Shown: positions 48,598 through 62,962, counted from the first letter of the stretch. The stretch: DNA of 64,000 nt from Octopus vulgaris (GCA_951406725.2 OX597818.1:29450001-29514000), one strand, 5' to 3'. Translations and numbers: made by a program. Notes: generated from the letters alone by a model not told the origin.

Positions 48598-49693
48598 AAC
48601 AAGAGCACTCAGAGAGCGCAAACCTTCGCCAAGGAAACACCAACATCCTCTCAACGATTAGCCGGAGATGATTTTTAAATGAAAATATCTGAAATAAACT
48701 CGATTGCTCTCACAAACGAGAATACTAAAAATGAACCCCACTGCTCTCAAAAATTAAGTAAAAAAAAAAACGGAAAAATAATCCAGATCCTTGTCCTGTA
48801 CCTGATTGATCCTAATGGTAGTCATGGAATGTGAAGGTAGGTGTGCGTGCTGTGTTTGTAATGCTGTGTGTGTGTCGTCTGGGTAATGAAAATATCTGCA
48901 TGGCTTGAGTGCACACATGTCGATAAGCCTTGGGGAGTTACTACGTAAAAGTTTTGGAAACACTGGTTGAAATGCAACAAGAACTTCGGGAGGGAAACAT
49001 AACTGAACATAAAAATTATAATTATAATGAAATGCATACTGTATCGTGGTCGGAAAATATGTATCTATAACATCTGCTAATACACACTCTGTTCTGTTGA
49101 CATACACGTGGTCCAACAAAGTAGCATAGTCTGTAGTGGGTATCCGCACATGCTGGGTAAAGCCATGTTCCTCTATGATGATCAAGATTTGGTGATGAGG
49201 GGAGTTAATGAAATCAATGTTAAAATCCCCAATGATAACAGTTAGGACATCTCTTGGTATGGATTGCATGAGGATATGTAACTTGGAAATTAATTTTGCT
49301 GTAGTCAAAGACGGTGGCCTGTAGAGAGTAGGCCTTCCTTTAGTATTCCTGTTGTTTTAGATCGGTGCATAGAATTATGTATATAAGTAAGTATACGGTA
49401 AAGTGTTAATGTGTATGTATGATATATGATATAAGGGAGATAATCAGAGAAAGACTTGAAAGTCAACGTAAGATCGTAATACCTCATGTAAAGTAAATAT
49501 AACAAATAATCCATAATCCTTGTCCGGTACCGAATCGATCTCAAAATCTAATCAGTTCGTGCCAGTCACGAGGCCAAACATCCCTGAAAGTTTCATCCGA
49601 ATCCATCCAGCAGTTCTTGAGATAGCTTGTCCACAGACAAACAAACAAACAAAACTAAAAACAATACCTCCACCTTATCGAAGGCGGAGGCAA
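48598..49693. mobile_element. Helentron/HINE-type element carrying an APE endonuclease fragment (minus strand, ~49030-49340)
   Basis: Subterminal CCTTCGCCAAGG (48623-48634), (ACAA)n, terminal hairpin CCTCCACCTT-ATCG-AAGGCGGAGG (49667-49690); internal VIIGDFN, FTQHV..PTT...LLDHVYVN, FSDH. Confidence 0.72.
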
Positions 49694-49703
49694 TAATAAT
49701 AAT

Positions 49704-49882
49704 CTTTCCTACTATAAGCACAAGGCTTGGGCTTTTGTGAGGAGGGGGATAGTCGATCCCATCGACCTCAGTACTTGACTGGTACTTAAGTTATCGATCC
49801 CGAAATGATGAAAAGCGGAATTTGGACTCAGAACGTAGCTGCAGACGAAATATCGATAAGCATTTCGCCCGGCGTGCTAACG
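49704..49882 (-). mobile_element. SINE family C
   Basis: TTTCCTACTATAAGCACAAGGC...GTCGATCCCATCGACC...GGTACTTA...CATTTCGCCCGGCGTGCTAACG. Confidence 0.85.
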
Positions 49883-49901
49883 ATTCTCTCAACTCGCCGT
49901 C

Positions 49902-49902
<1 letters not shown>

Positions 49903-49980
<78 letters not shown>

Positions 49981-50006
49981 TGATGATGATGATGATGATA
50001 ATAATA

Positions 50007-50061
<55 letters not shown>

Positions 50062-50106
50062 TGATGATGATGATGATGATAATAATAATGATAATAATAA
50101 TAATGA
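49903..50106. repeat. Compound (AAT)n/(GAT)n trinucleotide microsatellite
   Basis: Directly visible; similar tracts are (GAA)n(GAG)n at 48070-48176 and (ATT)n(AGT)n at 46800-46901. Confidence 0.97.
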
Positions 50107-50382
50107 GTGAGTGTGTTCGTTTTTTTAGGTCGAATTATAATAAAAGTTTTACATTTAAACTGAATGATTACTCAATACCTTTTGTGGGGTACATATTTTT
50201 TTATGCTTTTACAAGAAGAATGGTGACAGTGACTTCGAAGTTTCGGGTTGTTAACCAGTCCGGTGAAAATTAGTAGGTCGAAACTTAGGATTCGCTGTCA
50301 CGGCTCTTCTTTTAAAAGTATTATATACATAGATGAATAAATAAATAAATAAATAAATAAAAAGAGAACACAAATATCGTTT

Positions 50383-50460
50383 AAAATTTACGACAGCTAT
50401 TTCGGTAGAATTTTACAGACTACACCATAACATATAATTCACCATCTTCAAGTAAAATTT
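50383..50460 (-). ncRNA. Type I hammerhead ribozyme (C3U copy)
   Basis: AATTTTAC-TTGAAGA-T-GGTGAATT...AATTCTACC-GAAAT-AGCT-GTC-GTAAATT: stems I, II and palindromic III all present; GUC cleavage triplet. Confidence 0.75.
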
Positions 50461-50659
50461 TAAACCGGTAAGATGTCAAACAGGTGAGATTTCATACATC
50501 GAACTTGACGAATCCAATGTCATTGGATCAGTGGTTCTTTAAAAGTAAACATTCAAATTTATAAGAAAATTAGGTATGACTCGAAGGGGCATGCGAGAAA
50601 CAAAGATATCGAAAAACTATGTTTAGATTCACTTATCTAAATTAGTTAATAGCTAATAT

Positions 50660-50875
50660 TGGTTTCAGGTTTTGGTACAAGACCAGCTATTTCTGGGAAG
50701 TGGGTAAGTCGATTACATCAACCCCAGTTTTCAACTGGTACTTATTTTATCGATTTCGAAAGGATGAACGGTTAAGTCCGATCTCGACGGAATTTGAACT
50801 CAGAGCGTAAAGACGGACGAAATGCCGCTAATTATTTTGCCCGTTGTGCTAACTATACTACCAGATCGCTGCCTT
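50660..50875 (-). mobile_element. SINE family C
   Basis: GTCGATTACATCAACCCCAG...GGTACTTATTTTATCGA...GAAAGGATGAA...TTTGAACTCAGAGCGTAAAGACGGACGAAATGCCGCTAA. Confidence 0.85.
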
Positions 50876-51059
50876 AATTTATAGCTAATATTGGCGTTGG
50901 GAACATAAAAGAATTACAGACATGCTGTAGCTTTGAGCTGATATTGAAGGTCATCAACACCAAGATGGTTTTTATCAATTAAGTGAGAGAAAAAGAGACA
51001 AACCACAGGACAGCGGAAAGCCATAGAACTGTCATTTCATAATTAAATAAATAACATAT

Positions 51060-51360
51060 GACGGAATCTCCCATCGAAGACGACATATAAGTGTTCAGTT
51101 TTTGCTGAATGACCTTACACAAATGATTTGTTTCTAGTAATCAAATGTCTGTGTTGTACATCAGCTCACTCTCTCCATCAAATTGATGTTGCCTGAACTA
51201 TTTGTGCACGGCGTACCGTACGTCAGGTGTCGAAGTGATTGCAGAGCAACGTGAGATGAAGTTTTCTGCTCAAGAACACAACGCACCATCTGGGCCTGGA
51301 ATTGAAACCATGATATAGCAATCGCGAATTCAACACCCTAACCATTAGGCCATGCACCCC
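51060..51360 (-). mobile_element. tRNA-derived SINE, family D (CORE/V-like centre)
   Basis: Head GCATGGCCTAATGGTTAGGG...GGTTTCAATTCC followed by GCGTTGTGTTCTTGAGCAG..AACTTCATCTCACGTTGCTC. Confidence 0.72.
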
Positions 51361-51365
51361 CTCAC

Positions 51366-51604
<239 letters not shown>

Positions 51605-51671
51605 AAGAAACAAAAAGAGGAAGAGAGAGAGAGAGACTGACAAACAGGATGTATTGTAGACAGTGGAAGTG

Positions 51672-51985
51672 CAATGGCGCAGTGGTTAGGGCAGCGGACT
51701 CGCGGTTCCGATTTCCAGACCGGGCATTGTGAGTGTTTATTGAGCGAAAGTACCTAGACCACCACGAGGCTCCGGCAGGGGGGGGGGGGCGAACCCTGCT
51801 GTACTCTTTCACCACAACTTTCTCTCACTCTTTCTTCCTGTTTCTGTTGTACCTGTATTTCAAAGGGCCAGCCTTGTCACACTCTGTGTCACGCTGACTC
51901 TCCCCGAAAACTACGTTAAGGGTACATGTGTCTGTGGAGTGCTCAGCCACTTGCACATTAGTTTCACGAGCAAGCTGTTCCGTTG
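51672..51985 (+). mobile_element. tRNA-derived SINE, family B (3' truncated)
   Basis: TGGCGCAGTGGTTAGGGCAGCGGACTCGCGG head; body is the reverse complement of 48290-48490. Confidence 0.9.
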
Positions 51986-52134
51986 ACAGTGATTTAATTC
52001 GTAAAACTGAAGACAAATAACAGTTTGGTCACCTGGATACACTGTATTTTGTTAATAATGTTGTTACAATTTTCAAACTGTTTAGTTTTAAGATTTTTTA
52101 AATTGGTTTATTTAACATTATGAATCTAAATATA

Positions 52135-52971
<837 letters not shown>

Positions 52972-53399
52972 ATGAATCTAAATATACTTCCCCATACATT
53001 AGCAATTAAGAATTGAGAGTGTCTTTTATAAATCTTATTTATAACTTAATCAATTCGTATATTTTTTTAATAAATACAATGTTCGAGCATTATTTTGTAT
53101 CTATTTTATATGATGTAAGAGATAATAAACTTCGGCAGAATTTGAAGCAATATTCAGAAGAGTCAAAATTATATAAACTAAAGTGTCTAGTTCGGCTCTC
53201 TACCGACTGAGTACTTTTGAGGAAACCAAACAAACAGTCCAAAGATAAACAACATCCTTGCTAAAACCATTCCATCTTTTCAGACATCGTTTATAAATAC
53301 CTCTTAAATTATCTCATGTTTTTCCCACCTCAAAGACGGTAGAGTGTGATCTGAAAGGTGTTTGGCTGCTATTTCTGATAGAACCATCAATTTCTCTTT

Positions 53400-53880
53400 T
53401 AGACCAGATAGAGACAGATATCCCCGCATTGGCTTGGTTTTCTGAAGCCTTGGTACGCACTACCCATCTTGCCATGGAGATGACTTCTCAGCCTACGTTG
53501 CTAGTATAGAGAAAGAGTTGTTTGCTATTCTGTTCAGTCAACACCTGTTAGACACATCACCTTCTTCATTCCTGGATGACACCGATTTCAAAATACTTTT
53601 GCTCTTTTCTCACTTCTGAACCCAACCGTTAACTTCTCTTCCCTCATAGTGTCACCTACCCACTGCCTAATAGCTGCTACAAACTCAATATTATCCGGCT
53701 ACATTTCACCTAGTTCACCGTCATGTGCTCAGTTTCAGATGATCCTAACACAACAAGGTAACGATCATGAGGATATTTTTCCATTAGTCTTGATGTTCTC
53801 CCTGACGATCACTTATCTATTTCTCTCTCCCTCTCTCTTTCTCTCTCTTTCTCACTCTTTCTTTCCTTCACTCTTTCTTT

Positions 53881-53927
<47 letters not shown>

Positions 53928-55220
53928 TCTGCAGATAACAATCACAACCAATGAAAACACAACCGTGTGACCTAATCTTAAGAAGAGTAACTTCTCTAAT
54001 TCTATCAACTACCACTCACTTCCATAATTTCAAAGCAGTTACAAACCATCTCATCATTTATCCCTTTGAATTTCTCTTCTTGCAGAATGATTTGCAGCAA
54101 GATGGGTTTATCGGATTTTTTTTTTTACCCTGCATCACTTTTGAGCACTTTAGTGATGGCTCGGTTGTTGACAACAACAAAGCCTTCTTTCATGTCTACC
54201 AAGGAATTTTCCCAGCTAAATTTCACACCAATGCATCTTTATCTTTGAATTCCTGGAGTTCCTTACATGCTATCAATCAGTAGTAGGCATCTCTTATTTA
54301 ATAACATCTTCAATAATTTTCTTCTCTTCATCGGTTTCCATCTCGCTCTTCTAACAACATATACTCCAAAGCAGATTGAGTTCATAAATGTCAGAGGAAG
54401 TTGACTCAATAGCCATATCATTTCCAAACCAGCCTTAACTAGTAAGATTAATTAATGATTGTTGATCACCTTGAACATTTTTAGATCTATGTCTGCATGA
54501 AAGAAGGTCTGACTTGAATTGCTTCCATGAATAGAGATCTAATAAAATTCTTCATTAGGGACATGGCAGCTTATCCAATAATACAAAGACATTGTTGTTC
54601 TATATCTGAAGGAAACTATCAAGCTATACATTCAATCTACATAAACAGTACACTATTAAACCGACAGTACCGTTGTGAATGCTCTGCCTCACAATATCTA
54701 ATGATTTTTCATGGCAACCTCACATATATAGCATTGGCAAAGTTGCTACTCAAAAACTAAACTTGCTCTTCTCGAATATTAAATTTTCATTTTTAATCAT
54801 TTGTTGATCATCAATAAATTTCAAGTTAAGTTCCACAAAACACTAGCGTTACTGCACATACAAGTATGCTATCTGGCTAGTACGCTACGAGTATTAGCCC
54901 ATACATCTGTTATCACCCCTTGTTTTTTCTGTTCTACAACTATGTCTATTCTGGTGAACTAGCAATTTGCGTAACACATTTGATCTGGTCCACATAATAC
55001 ATTCGCTTTTCAATATATCTACGCCACCTCTGTCCTAAAATCTGCACCTAGAACTTAATTAAGTTCTTCGTCAGTAACGCATCAGTCCTCTTGAATTCTT
55101 TCACTCCCCACATTTTTCTCACAAGTATCACCTTCGTGAAATTCTAAATGAGCATCAACCTCATCAACCTAACACGACTGGGTAAACTTGCGAAGTTCAT
55201 AGGTCTCCCTTCCTCCATTA
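53400..55220 (-). mobile_element. Very decayed LINE RT remnant (RTE-like)
   Basis: KANVLCGPDQ (K..GPD) plus further RT-order remnants, all broken by stops; weak. Confidence 0.45.
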
Positions 55221-55400
55221 ACTAGAAAATTTTTGTTTTGATGGTGCGTGCTCGCTTATGCGTGTGTGCGCGCGCTCATGCAAGTGTGTGTGCAGATGTA
55301 TGTGTCTATATCTTGCATTTTTTAACTGATTGTCATAATATTTGGTCGTTATCATTATAGTCTTTCACTATATTCCTGGTGACCTGTTCACAGACCTTTG

Positions 55401-55521
<121 letters not shown>

Positions 55522-55541
55522 TGTATATGTGTATGTATGTG

Positions 55542-55585
<44 letters not shown>

Positions 55586-56188
55586 AACTCACATACGCAC
55601 ACACACACAGAAATAATGAAAGATATAAAGAACGAGTGAAAAAAATGAGTGGGAGCAAAATGGAAGGGATGAAGAAAACGAAAAATGTTTGCATTTACGA
55701 GGATCTTAATTGTAAATTGTTGATATGGAACTTTCACGAATCTATTTGTGTATGACAAGAAATACATCCATATTCCGTTTTTTAGCATTCGTGGGCAGGG
55801 TTATTTTTTATTTGCTTTATATTTATATATTATCTAAATGTATTTGACACCTTTCAGTGTCCGGAACAAATATAAGTAAAAAAACATATCAACTGATAAC
55901 AATTCAAATATTGTTAAACCGTTGTGGAACTTACACAAAACATATCTAGTTCCAGCGGAGTGCAATCAATGCCAATGTCATTAATGGCTGTACTGTTTCC
56001 CACGGGAGAAAAGATATCGATAATTTTATGTTGACATCATCTGAACTAAACCTATCAGCTGTCGGCTGAAGCAAAATACACGGAATCGACATCGTCAGCA
56101 CCGTGTCTAACAGCCTGTTGAGTTTTAAAAAATAGATTCCCTTAAGTACCAAAGCATATGCGTTCGCTCCCAATAGGTGGTATCATGT

Positions 56189-56226
<38 letters not shown>

Positions 56227-56641
56227 TCTAAAGTTACTATCTATACTAACTAGATTTCGCTGTTTATTTCATTGACACACTTATCGCCGTCTATCCATGT
56301 TATCAGTGACATAACAATGCATTTAAGTTGTCTTGTATTTTAATGTAAATTAAATTTAGTATAGAAAATAGATTTTATAATCTTTATTGAAGTGGGTAGA
56401 ATTCAATTACCGTTCCTGATTTTGACGTTAAAGCGCCTGACATTGTACCATGCAATATTTCGTTACGGTGTTTATGTTCGGAGTTTCAAATCCTACTAAG
56501 TTTGTTCCATATAGCAGGAATTGTGTTGTATCATTTTCCTGCTCTACTATCTTCCGACTTTGCACTTACTCTCCCCACTATCGCATCTGAGGATTGACTC
56601 AGGGGGCGAATGAAACTCTGAATGATAAGCTTATATATGTA

Positions 56642-56701
<60 letters not shown>

Positions 56702-56728
56702 TACATACATACACACATACATGCATAT

Positions 56729-56785
<57 letters not shown>

Positions 56786-57117
56786 TATATGCGTGTATGT
56801 ATATATGATTATAAGTATGTATGTATACATACATACAAATATGTAAATGTTTATCGATACTATAATAAAGAAAATTGCTTATTAATTAGTTCAGTTTATG
56901 TAAATTTTACTTCAAAAAGCAATTATTAAAATTTATAGAGTGCAGAAAATTCTTTAAAATTTTAATTTTGATACATTTTCTTTTTTTATCAAAATGAGGT
57001 TTTAAACGTGTTTTTTTTATTATTGAAGATTTCAGCTACAGAAAGGTAATTTTAATTCACTGCGAGATAGTAATAGTATTCCGATTTGGTGTCTTTTCTT
57101 TTCTCCCCCCTCTCCAT

Positions 57118-57223
<106 letters not shown>

Positions 57224-58081
57224 TTTCTTCCACCATGACGTTACATTCTACAGACAAGCCAGAAAAAACACTTCTTTAAATTAAAGTCCAGCCCAGCTTC
57301 AGCCACTTTACGCTGATTTCAGTACCCGTTCATATTTGTTAGGTGCTTTTCAAGAAAGGGAAAGCTTCCGATATTTAATTCCTTTGCTAAAATCACAGTT
57401 CATGTTATCGTAATTGATATGATGAACGGAAATTTAAAAAATACCATTTTCCATCTCTGTACATCAGTAATTGTATGTCTATGTAGGTAATTAATGCTAA
57501 AATGTACAGATATGTACATCGACGGAAAAGTAAGGCAGAGCAAATAATAAGTTTGAATCTGCAGTAAGATTTTCAGTATGATTTTGTTCTAGTATACACT
57601 AGGTGTGCATTCCAGTTCACTGTCATGCAAAGTCACGAAATCTCTTTATATGTATATTAAAATTAAACACAATATCTGCTTTCTTCATAAAGTCAAACAT
57701 TGTTTTTGAGCGCTTGCTATAACTGTAAATTTACTAAGCGAGTGCTATTGGACGAGTAAGGGATACGAAGGAAAATTAGACGAAGCATATCAGAAAAATA
57801 ACAAAAGTTGGGATAAATTAGGATCAAATTTATAAATATTGTTTAGTGACTGGCAGAAAACCGCCTAGGTGGCAGTGCTTCTGATAGAGCCAATAATTAT
57901 ACGAACGCAAGTATGTATAACGCAACTAATATTCATAAGCCTTTAATTTCAAACTCACGGCAGGGCCAAACGCTCGCCAGAATGCATCATACATACATAC
58001 ATACATACATACATACATACATACATACATACATACATACATACATACATACATACATACATACATACATACATACATACA

Positions 58082-58112
<31 letters not shown>

Positions 58113-58309
58113 GTGTGCTTGTATGTGTATGTGTACGTATAAATGATGTTAACCACTAAAGTATATTTTAGTGGTTCTTCCTTAAGTAATCTGCAAAGAA
58201 AGAAAACAAAATGCAAAAATTAACGCTTATTTCTCTGTATGAATTGAAAAGGACCCTCAAGGGGATTAGGTGAAAATGTGAATGTGACAGGACTTTCTTT
58301 CCAACCTAA

Positions 58310-59060
58310 TTATGGCTGCCCCCTCGTTATCGAGTATGGCCATTGCACGAAACTTAACTGTTACTGGTGCTGTGATTGAATGTGACTTTTTAGCCCAACT
58401 AAAGATCTACAATGTTTTGTACAAAATTGGCAACTAAAACCTTTACTGGTAATAGCCGACTGTAGTTTAACTGGGCTTCATGTACCTTTGCATGTCGTTT
58501 AAGTCCTCCTGCCGAATTACACTCTCTTCCACATGCCCGACAGATATGATTAGTATGGTGTGTTACAGCACCACCAGTGACCAGGTTGTCACTCATCTGT
58601 CTCGTTTTATGACTACGAAGATGACTCATGAGTCCAGCTTTACTGAGGCAGGGTCTTGCAGACATTGCATGTCAGAATCAAAGGAAGACCCTTCCCTTTT
58701 GGAAGTGTAACAGCGATGCCCTTCCTGACATCCCTCCTTACTTTCTTATGTGCAACTCGAGATTTCTCAAAAGTGGCTGTCCCCTCAATCACAGTCCTTC
58801 TCCACCTGCAACGATCAATAGCTATGCCTTCCCATGTGTCAGGAGAGATGCAAGCATCTCTTAAGGATGCCTTCAGCAAGTCCTTATACCTCTTTTTTGG
58901 TTTATGTGGAGGTCGTTCTACTTTAGCTAACTCTCCATAAAAGAGTTGTTTTGGCATCCTTGAATCCTTCATTCTGACCAGATGACCACTCCATCTGAGC
59001 CTTTGCTTTAACACAAGAGCTTCTATACTTTCACACCGAGAGCCCTCCAATATTCCAACC
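58310..59060 (-). mobile_element. RTE-clade LINE 3' fragment ending in three C2H2 zinc fingers
   Basis: QRLRWSGHLVRMKDSRMPKQLFYGEL...KPKKRYKD; then CNVC....SKAGLMSHLRSH, CRACGRECNSAGGLKRHAKVH, CQFCTKHCRSLVGLKSHIQSQH* (stop 58363-58361). Confidence 0.92.
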
Positions 59061-59199
59061 TAATACATACATACATACATACATACATACATACATGCAT
59101 GCATGCATGCATACATACATACATACATACATACATACATACATACATACATACATACATACATACATACATACATACATACATACATACATACATACA

Positions 59200-61020
59200 T
59201 TTTGTCTGGGGTGAAAAAATATTGTAGAAGTCTTACAACAGTATGGCTTGATTACAGGCAGCATTCGACTGTATTACCCAATCATGGCTGCTGAAGTATC
59301 TCCATTTGGCAAAAGTGCCCGTTACCTTAATTGCTACCATTGAGAGGGTCACAAAGACTTGAGTCACAATGCCCACACTTAAAACAGCGAGTGAAATGAT
59401 CGTCTCCAATGCCATAAAGATTCCAAAGGGAGTATTCCAGTAAGATAGTCTCTCTGTACTTCAGTTCATTTTGGCATTAAACCCATTATCAGTCTTGTTA
59501 CAAAAAAATGGCTATATGATAGGGTCTGCAACTGCAAGAGATATTAATATAACCCATAATTTCTTTGTGGGTGACCTTATGATTTATGCTAAAAGTGTTA
59601 GCAATGCCAAAAAGTAACTGGAATTAATAACATTTTCGGCTGACATATGAATGGAATTTGACCAAAATGAAAGTTCTCATGTAATTGTTGAACGAGGGGA
59701 AATCAGTCGCCCAGACATAAAACCTTTGCCTCAATGACCTCACTATCACTCCTGCCCCACACAAAGAATGATACAAGTACCTTGGCATTGATGAAAATGT
59801 ATCATACCAAGGTACAGTAAATAAAGATAGAGTGAGCCATGAATACTACATCAGACTAAAGAAAATATGACTGTCTGAACTCTCCTCTTACAACAAGACA
59901 ATATCCCACAATGCTGACTGCAACATTTGGGGTACTTTACTGGTCTGTTGAAGAAATTCATTCCATATACATTAAAACTCGCAAGATTCTAACATCAACT
60001 GGAAATCTCCACAAAAATAGTGATGTTAACAGGCTCTACCTAAGAAGTGATAAAGGTGGTAGAGGCTTCAGATCAGTACAGGCAGCTTTCGAATGTGGTA
60101 CAGTCTCTCTCAAACAGAACTTGCTAAACAACAACAGCAAAAACAGATACATTAACTTAGTGCTGAAAAGTGAAGAAAACAATATTCTACGTGTTGGAAG
60201 TGAGCTCCTTAGGATATACTCTCTTCTTGATGACCTCTAATCAGCCGACTAGCATACCTCAAAGAAGATCAGGAGGCGAAACGCTCAGCATACCAAAAGA
60301 AAAAACCATGCATGGGTATGTTTTCTAAAGATTTGAAGAAAGTAGTAACGTTGACATGAAGCGAATCCTCTCTTGAACTTGTGACCGACACATAACATCA
60401 CACTTCTAAGGCAAAATGACGCTGTCGCAAAAACAATATACAATGCCTTCAGGAAAAAAGACTGTCTTGGAATAAATATAGAGAATCCCCCTGTTATTGA
60501 ATATGTACACAAATATTAGCACAAGGAATACTGGTGGAAAATTCCCATCAAAACATCTGTCAAGTGTAAACATAACAGGCCGGATATTGTTGTTTGAGAC
60601 AGATAAGAAAAGTATATATCGTGATAAAAGTCAGCTGTCCTGTGGATGTGAATATTTCTTTGAAAATCAAAGTGAAAAAAGACAACTATGAACAACTGCT
60701 TCGAAACCTCCAGTTTCAATATCCAGATTACAAATTTACTTTTATACCAATAATAATTAGAGCACTTGGTTTTGTAAGTAAATGTCTAATTGACAGTCTG
60801 GATAATCTGGGATTTTCAGAAAAAGAAACCAACCGACTGATTCGCACATTACAAACACAATCTGTGTGCAGGACAGTAAAACTATGCAAGCCTTTTCTCA
60901 GGTTTAAAATTTGACATTGCTTTTTGTTATCTACATTCCAAAGATGGAGCTTTATATATCTTTGTTGGAAACCAGGTCCTTCTTCAGAGGAAGAATTTAA
61001 ATGATTAAAAACAGAAAAGA
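59200..61020 (+). mobile_element. R4/Dong-type RLE LINE, 5'-truncated and decayed
   Basis: WLDYRQ, KGVFQ*DSLS, NITHNFFVGDL.IYAK, YKYLG, RLYL...GGRG, MHG, KEYWW, HNRPDIVV...VSCP.D.N...K...Y; starts directly after (CATA)n. Confidence 0.9.
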
Positions 61021-61054
61021 CATACGTAGATGTGTGTGCATGTATGTATGTATG

Positions 61055-61153
<99 letters not shown>

Positions 61154-61517
61154 GTTTAAATTCCGAAATATAACAATATATATATATGGTCGCAGCATAT
61201 CAAGACATACTTAGAATGATATTTTGTATTCCCGTTAGAAATATGTACTTTCACTGGGAGTGACATCGTATGGCTAGGAGTTAACAACAGCATTATCAGG
61301 TACATATCGTAAAAGCAACGGGAAAAATGTAATTATATCGATTACACTGCCACTAAAAAGAAAAATCTTTATCGGGAGTATAAAACAGAATTCTGTGTAT
61401 TTGTTTTCATATGCAATGAGAAGGACTGTAATCACCAGTTTTGTAGATACATTAATTATATACATACATAAAGATATATTTACGTAATACATAAATTATA
61501 TACACATATGTGTATAT

Positions 61518-62049
61518 CACCTTGATCACCTTGACCGACCAGTCCGTCAGGCGTCCATTTGACGCCGCTGGTCACAGCACGCTGTACACTCCCCTCTGGA
61601 TCGCGCTTTTCTCATCCACGTGATCCCAATCGTCCTCCGTGGAGGCCTTCCGGGTGGTCGTTTCCGCTCGCGCGGGTACCACTCGACAACTGCGCGGTGT
61701 CACCCACCTCCGTTTCGCTGACGACATCGTACTCATCGCTGAAACCACGGATCAGCTTCAGACCATGCTGACGGAGCTCGACATCAAAAGCTCTGCAGTA
61801 GGTCCCAAGATGAACCGCATGAAAACGAAGTTCATGCGGTCAGACAACGTACCAACAGGTCGAATGGTGATCGGCAGTGATGAAATAGAGGAGGTAAAGG
61901 AATATGTCTACCTGGGACAGGAAGTGAATATGTGCCGAGATATCGAAAAGGAGATCTCACGGAGAGTAAGGGCCGGATGGGAGGCGTTTAATGGCATAAG
62001 GGATGTACTCAAGTGAAGGTTGGACAGGACCACCCGCGCCAACCTCATC
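61518..62049 (-). mobile_element. RTE LINE insertion with 5' inversion (twin priming) and 10-bp TSD
   Basis: Minus 61697-61518 gives RAVVEWYPRERKRPPGRPP plus (CAAGGTGAT)2 tail; plus 61698-62049 gives HLRFADDIVL...YVYLG...RRVRAGW; ATGTGTATAT at 61508-61517 and 62050-62059. Confidence 0.9.
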
Positions 62050-62071
62050 ATGTGTATATATGTATACATAT

Positions 62072-62424
62072 TCTTTTATTCTTGTACTTGTTTCAGTCAT
62101 ATGACTGCGGTTGAACAAATCGACCCTAGGACTTATTTTTGTAAGCTTAGTACTTATTCTATCGTTCTCTTTTGTCGAACCGCTAAGTTACGGGACGTAA
62201 ACACACCGACATCGGTAGTCAGATGATGGTGAAGAAACAAACACAGACTCACAATATATACGACGGGCTTCTTTCAGCTTCAATCTACCAAATCCACTCA
62301 CAAGGCTTTAGTAGAAGACAAGGCTACAATAGAAGACACTTGCCCAAAGTGCCACGCAGTGGGACTGAACCCGGAACCATGTAGCTGGGAAGCAAGCTTC
62401 TTACCTCACAGCCACTCCTGTGCC
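62072..62424 (-). mobile_element. tRNA-derived SINE, family A
   Basis: Reverse complement of the 26930 copy (ACAGCCACTCCTG head, GCAGTGGGACTGAACCCGGAACCATG). Confidence 0.9.
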
Positions 62425-62537
62425 TACATGTATATATATAAATATATAAATTTTTTCCAGTCATCGCCAAGTTGGACCGCTAAACTCTACAATTTTTTTT
62501 TATTTTTCATTCCCTCTCTGTTTATTTTCTCTTATTC

Positions 62538-62573
62538 CTTTCTGTTGAAGAGCGCAGGCTCGAAATGTAAAAG
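62538..62573 (+). ncRNA. Minimal hammerhead ribozyme, CUGUUGA core variant
   Basis: CTTT-CTGTTGA-A-GAGC-GCAG-GCTC-GAAAT-GTA-AAAG: 4-bp stem I, 4-bp stem II, loopless stem III. Confidence 0.7.
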
Positions 62574-62962
62574 ATTTTTTCATTTTTCCCGAGCGTCAAA
62601 CTGGCTTGTTGTTCACATACCTGTCTTCGTCTTTTGTTTTTCTGTAAATTTCAACTATATATGCATATAAGCAAAAATGCTAATTCTAAAATCTCTCTAA
62701 GAGATCAATGCAATAGTTGTACAAACAAGTAATATTCGTAGCCACTTCAACATGGCTGCCCGTACAAACGGACTTTACTGCGATTTTTTAACCCCAAAAA
62801 GACATCTCCTCTAGCTGGTTAATGATGCACAGCTGCATCCGAGATATTGCGAGCAGAGGAGCAAACCCTGTCACCTTCTAGCGACAGGACCAGTAGACTG
62901 GCCTGGTCTCGGGCTATTTCTGCCTCTCTTCAGTACTGGACACCTTGTCTGCTAGAGATGAA

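Noticed and set aside
49805-50273. Poly-Asn/Asp and poly-Ile/Met ORFs
   Set aside because: (AAT)/(GAT) microsatellite at a SINE end.
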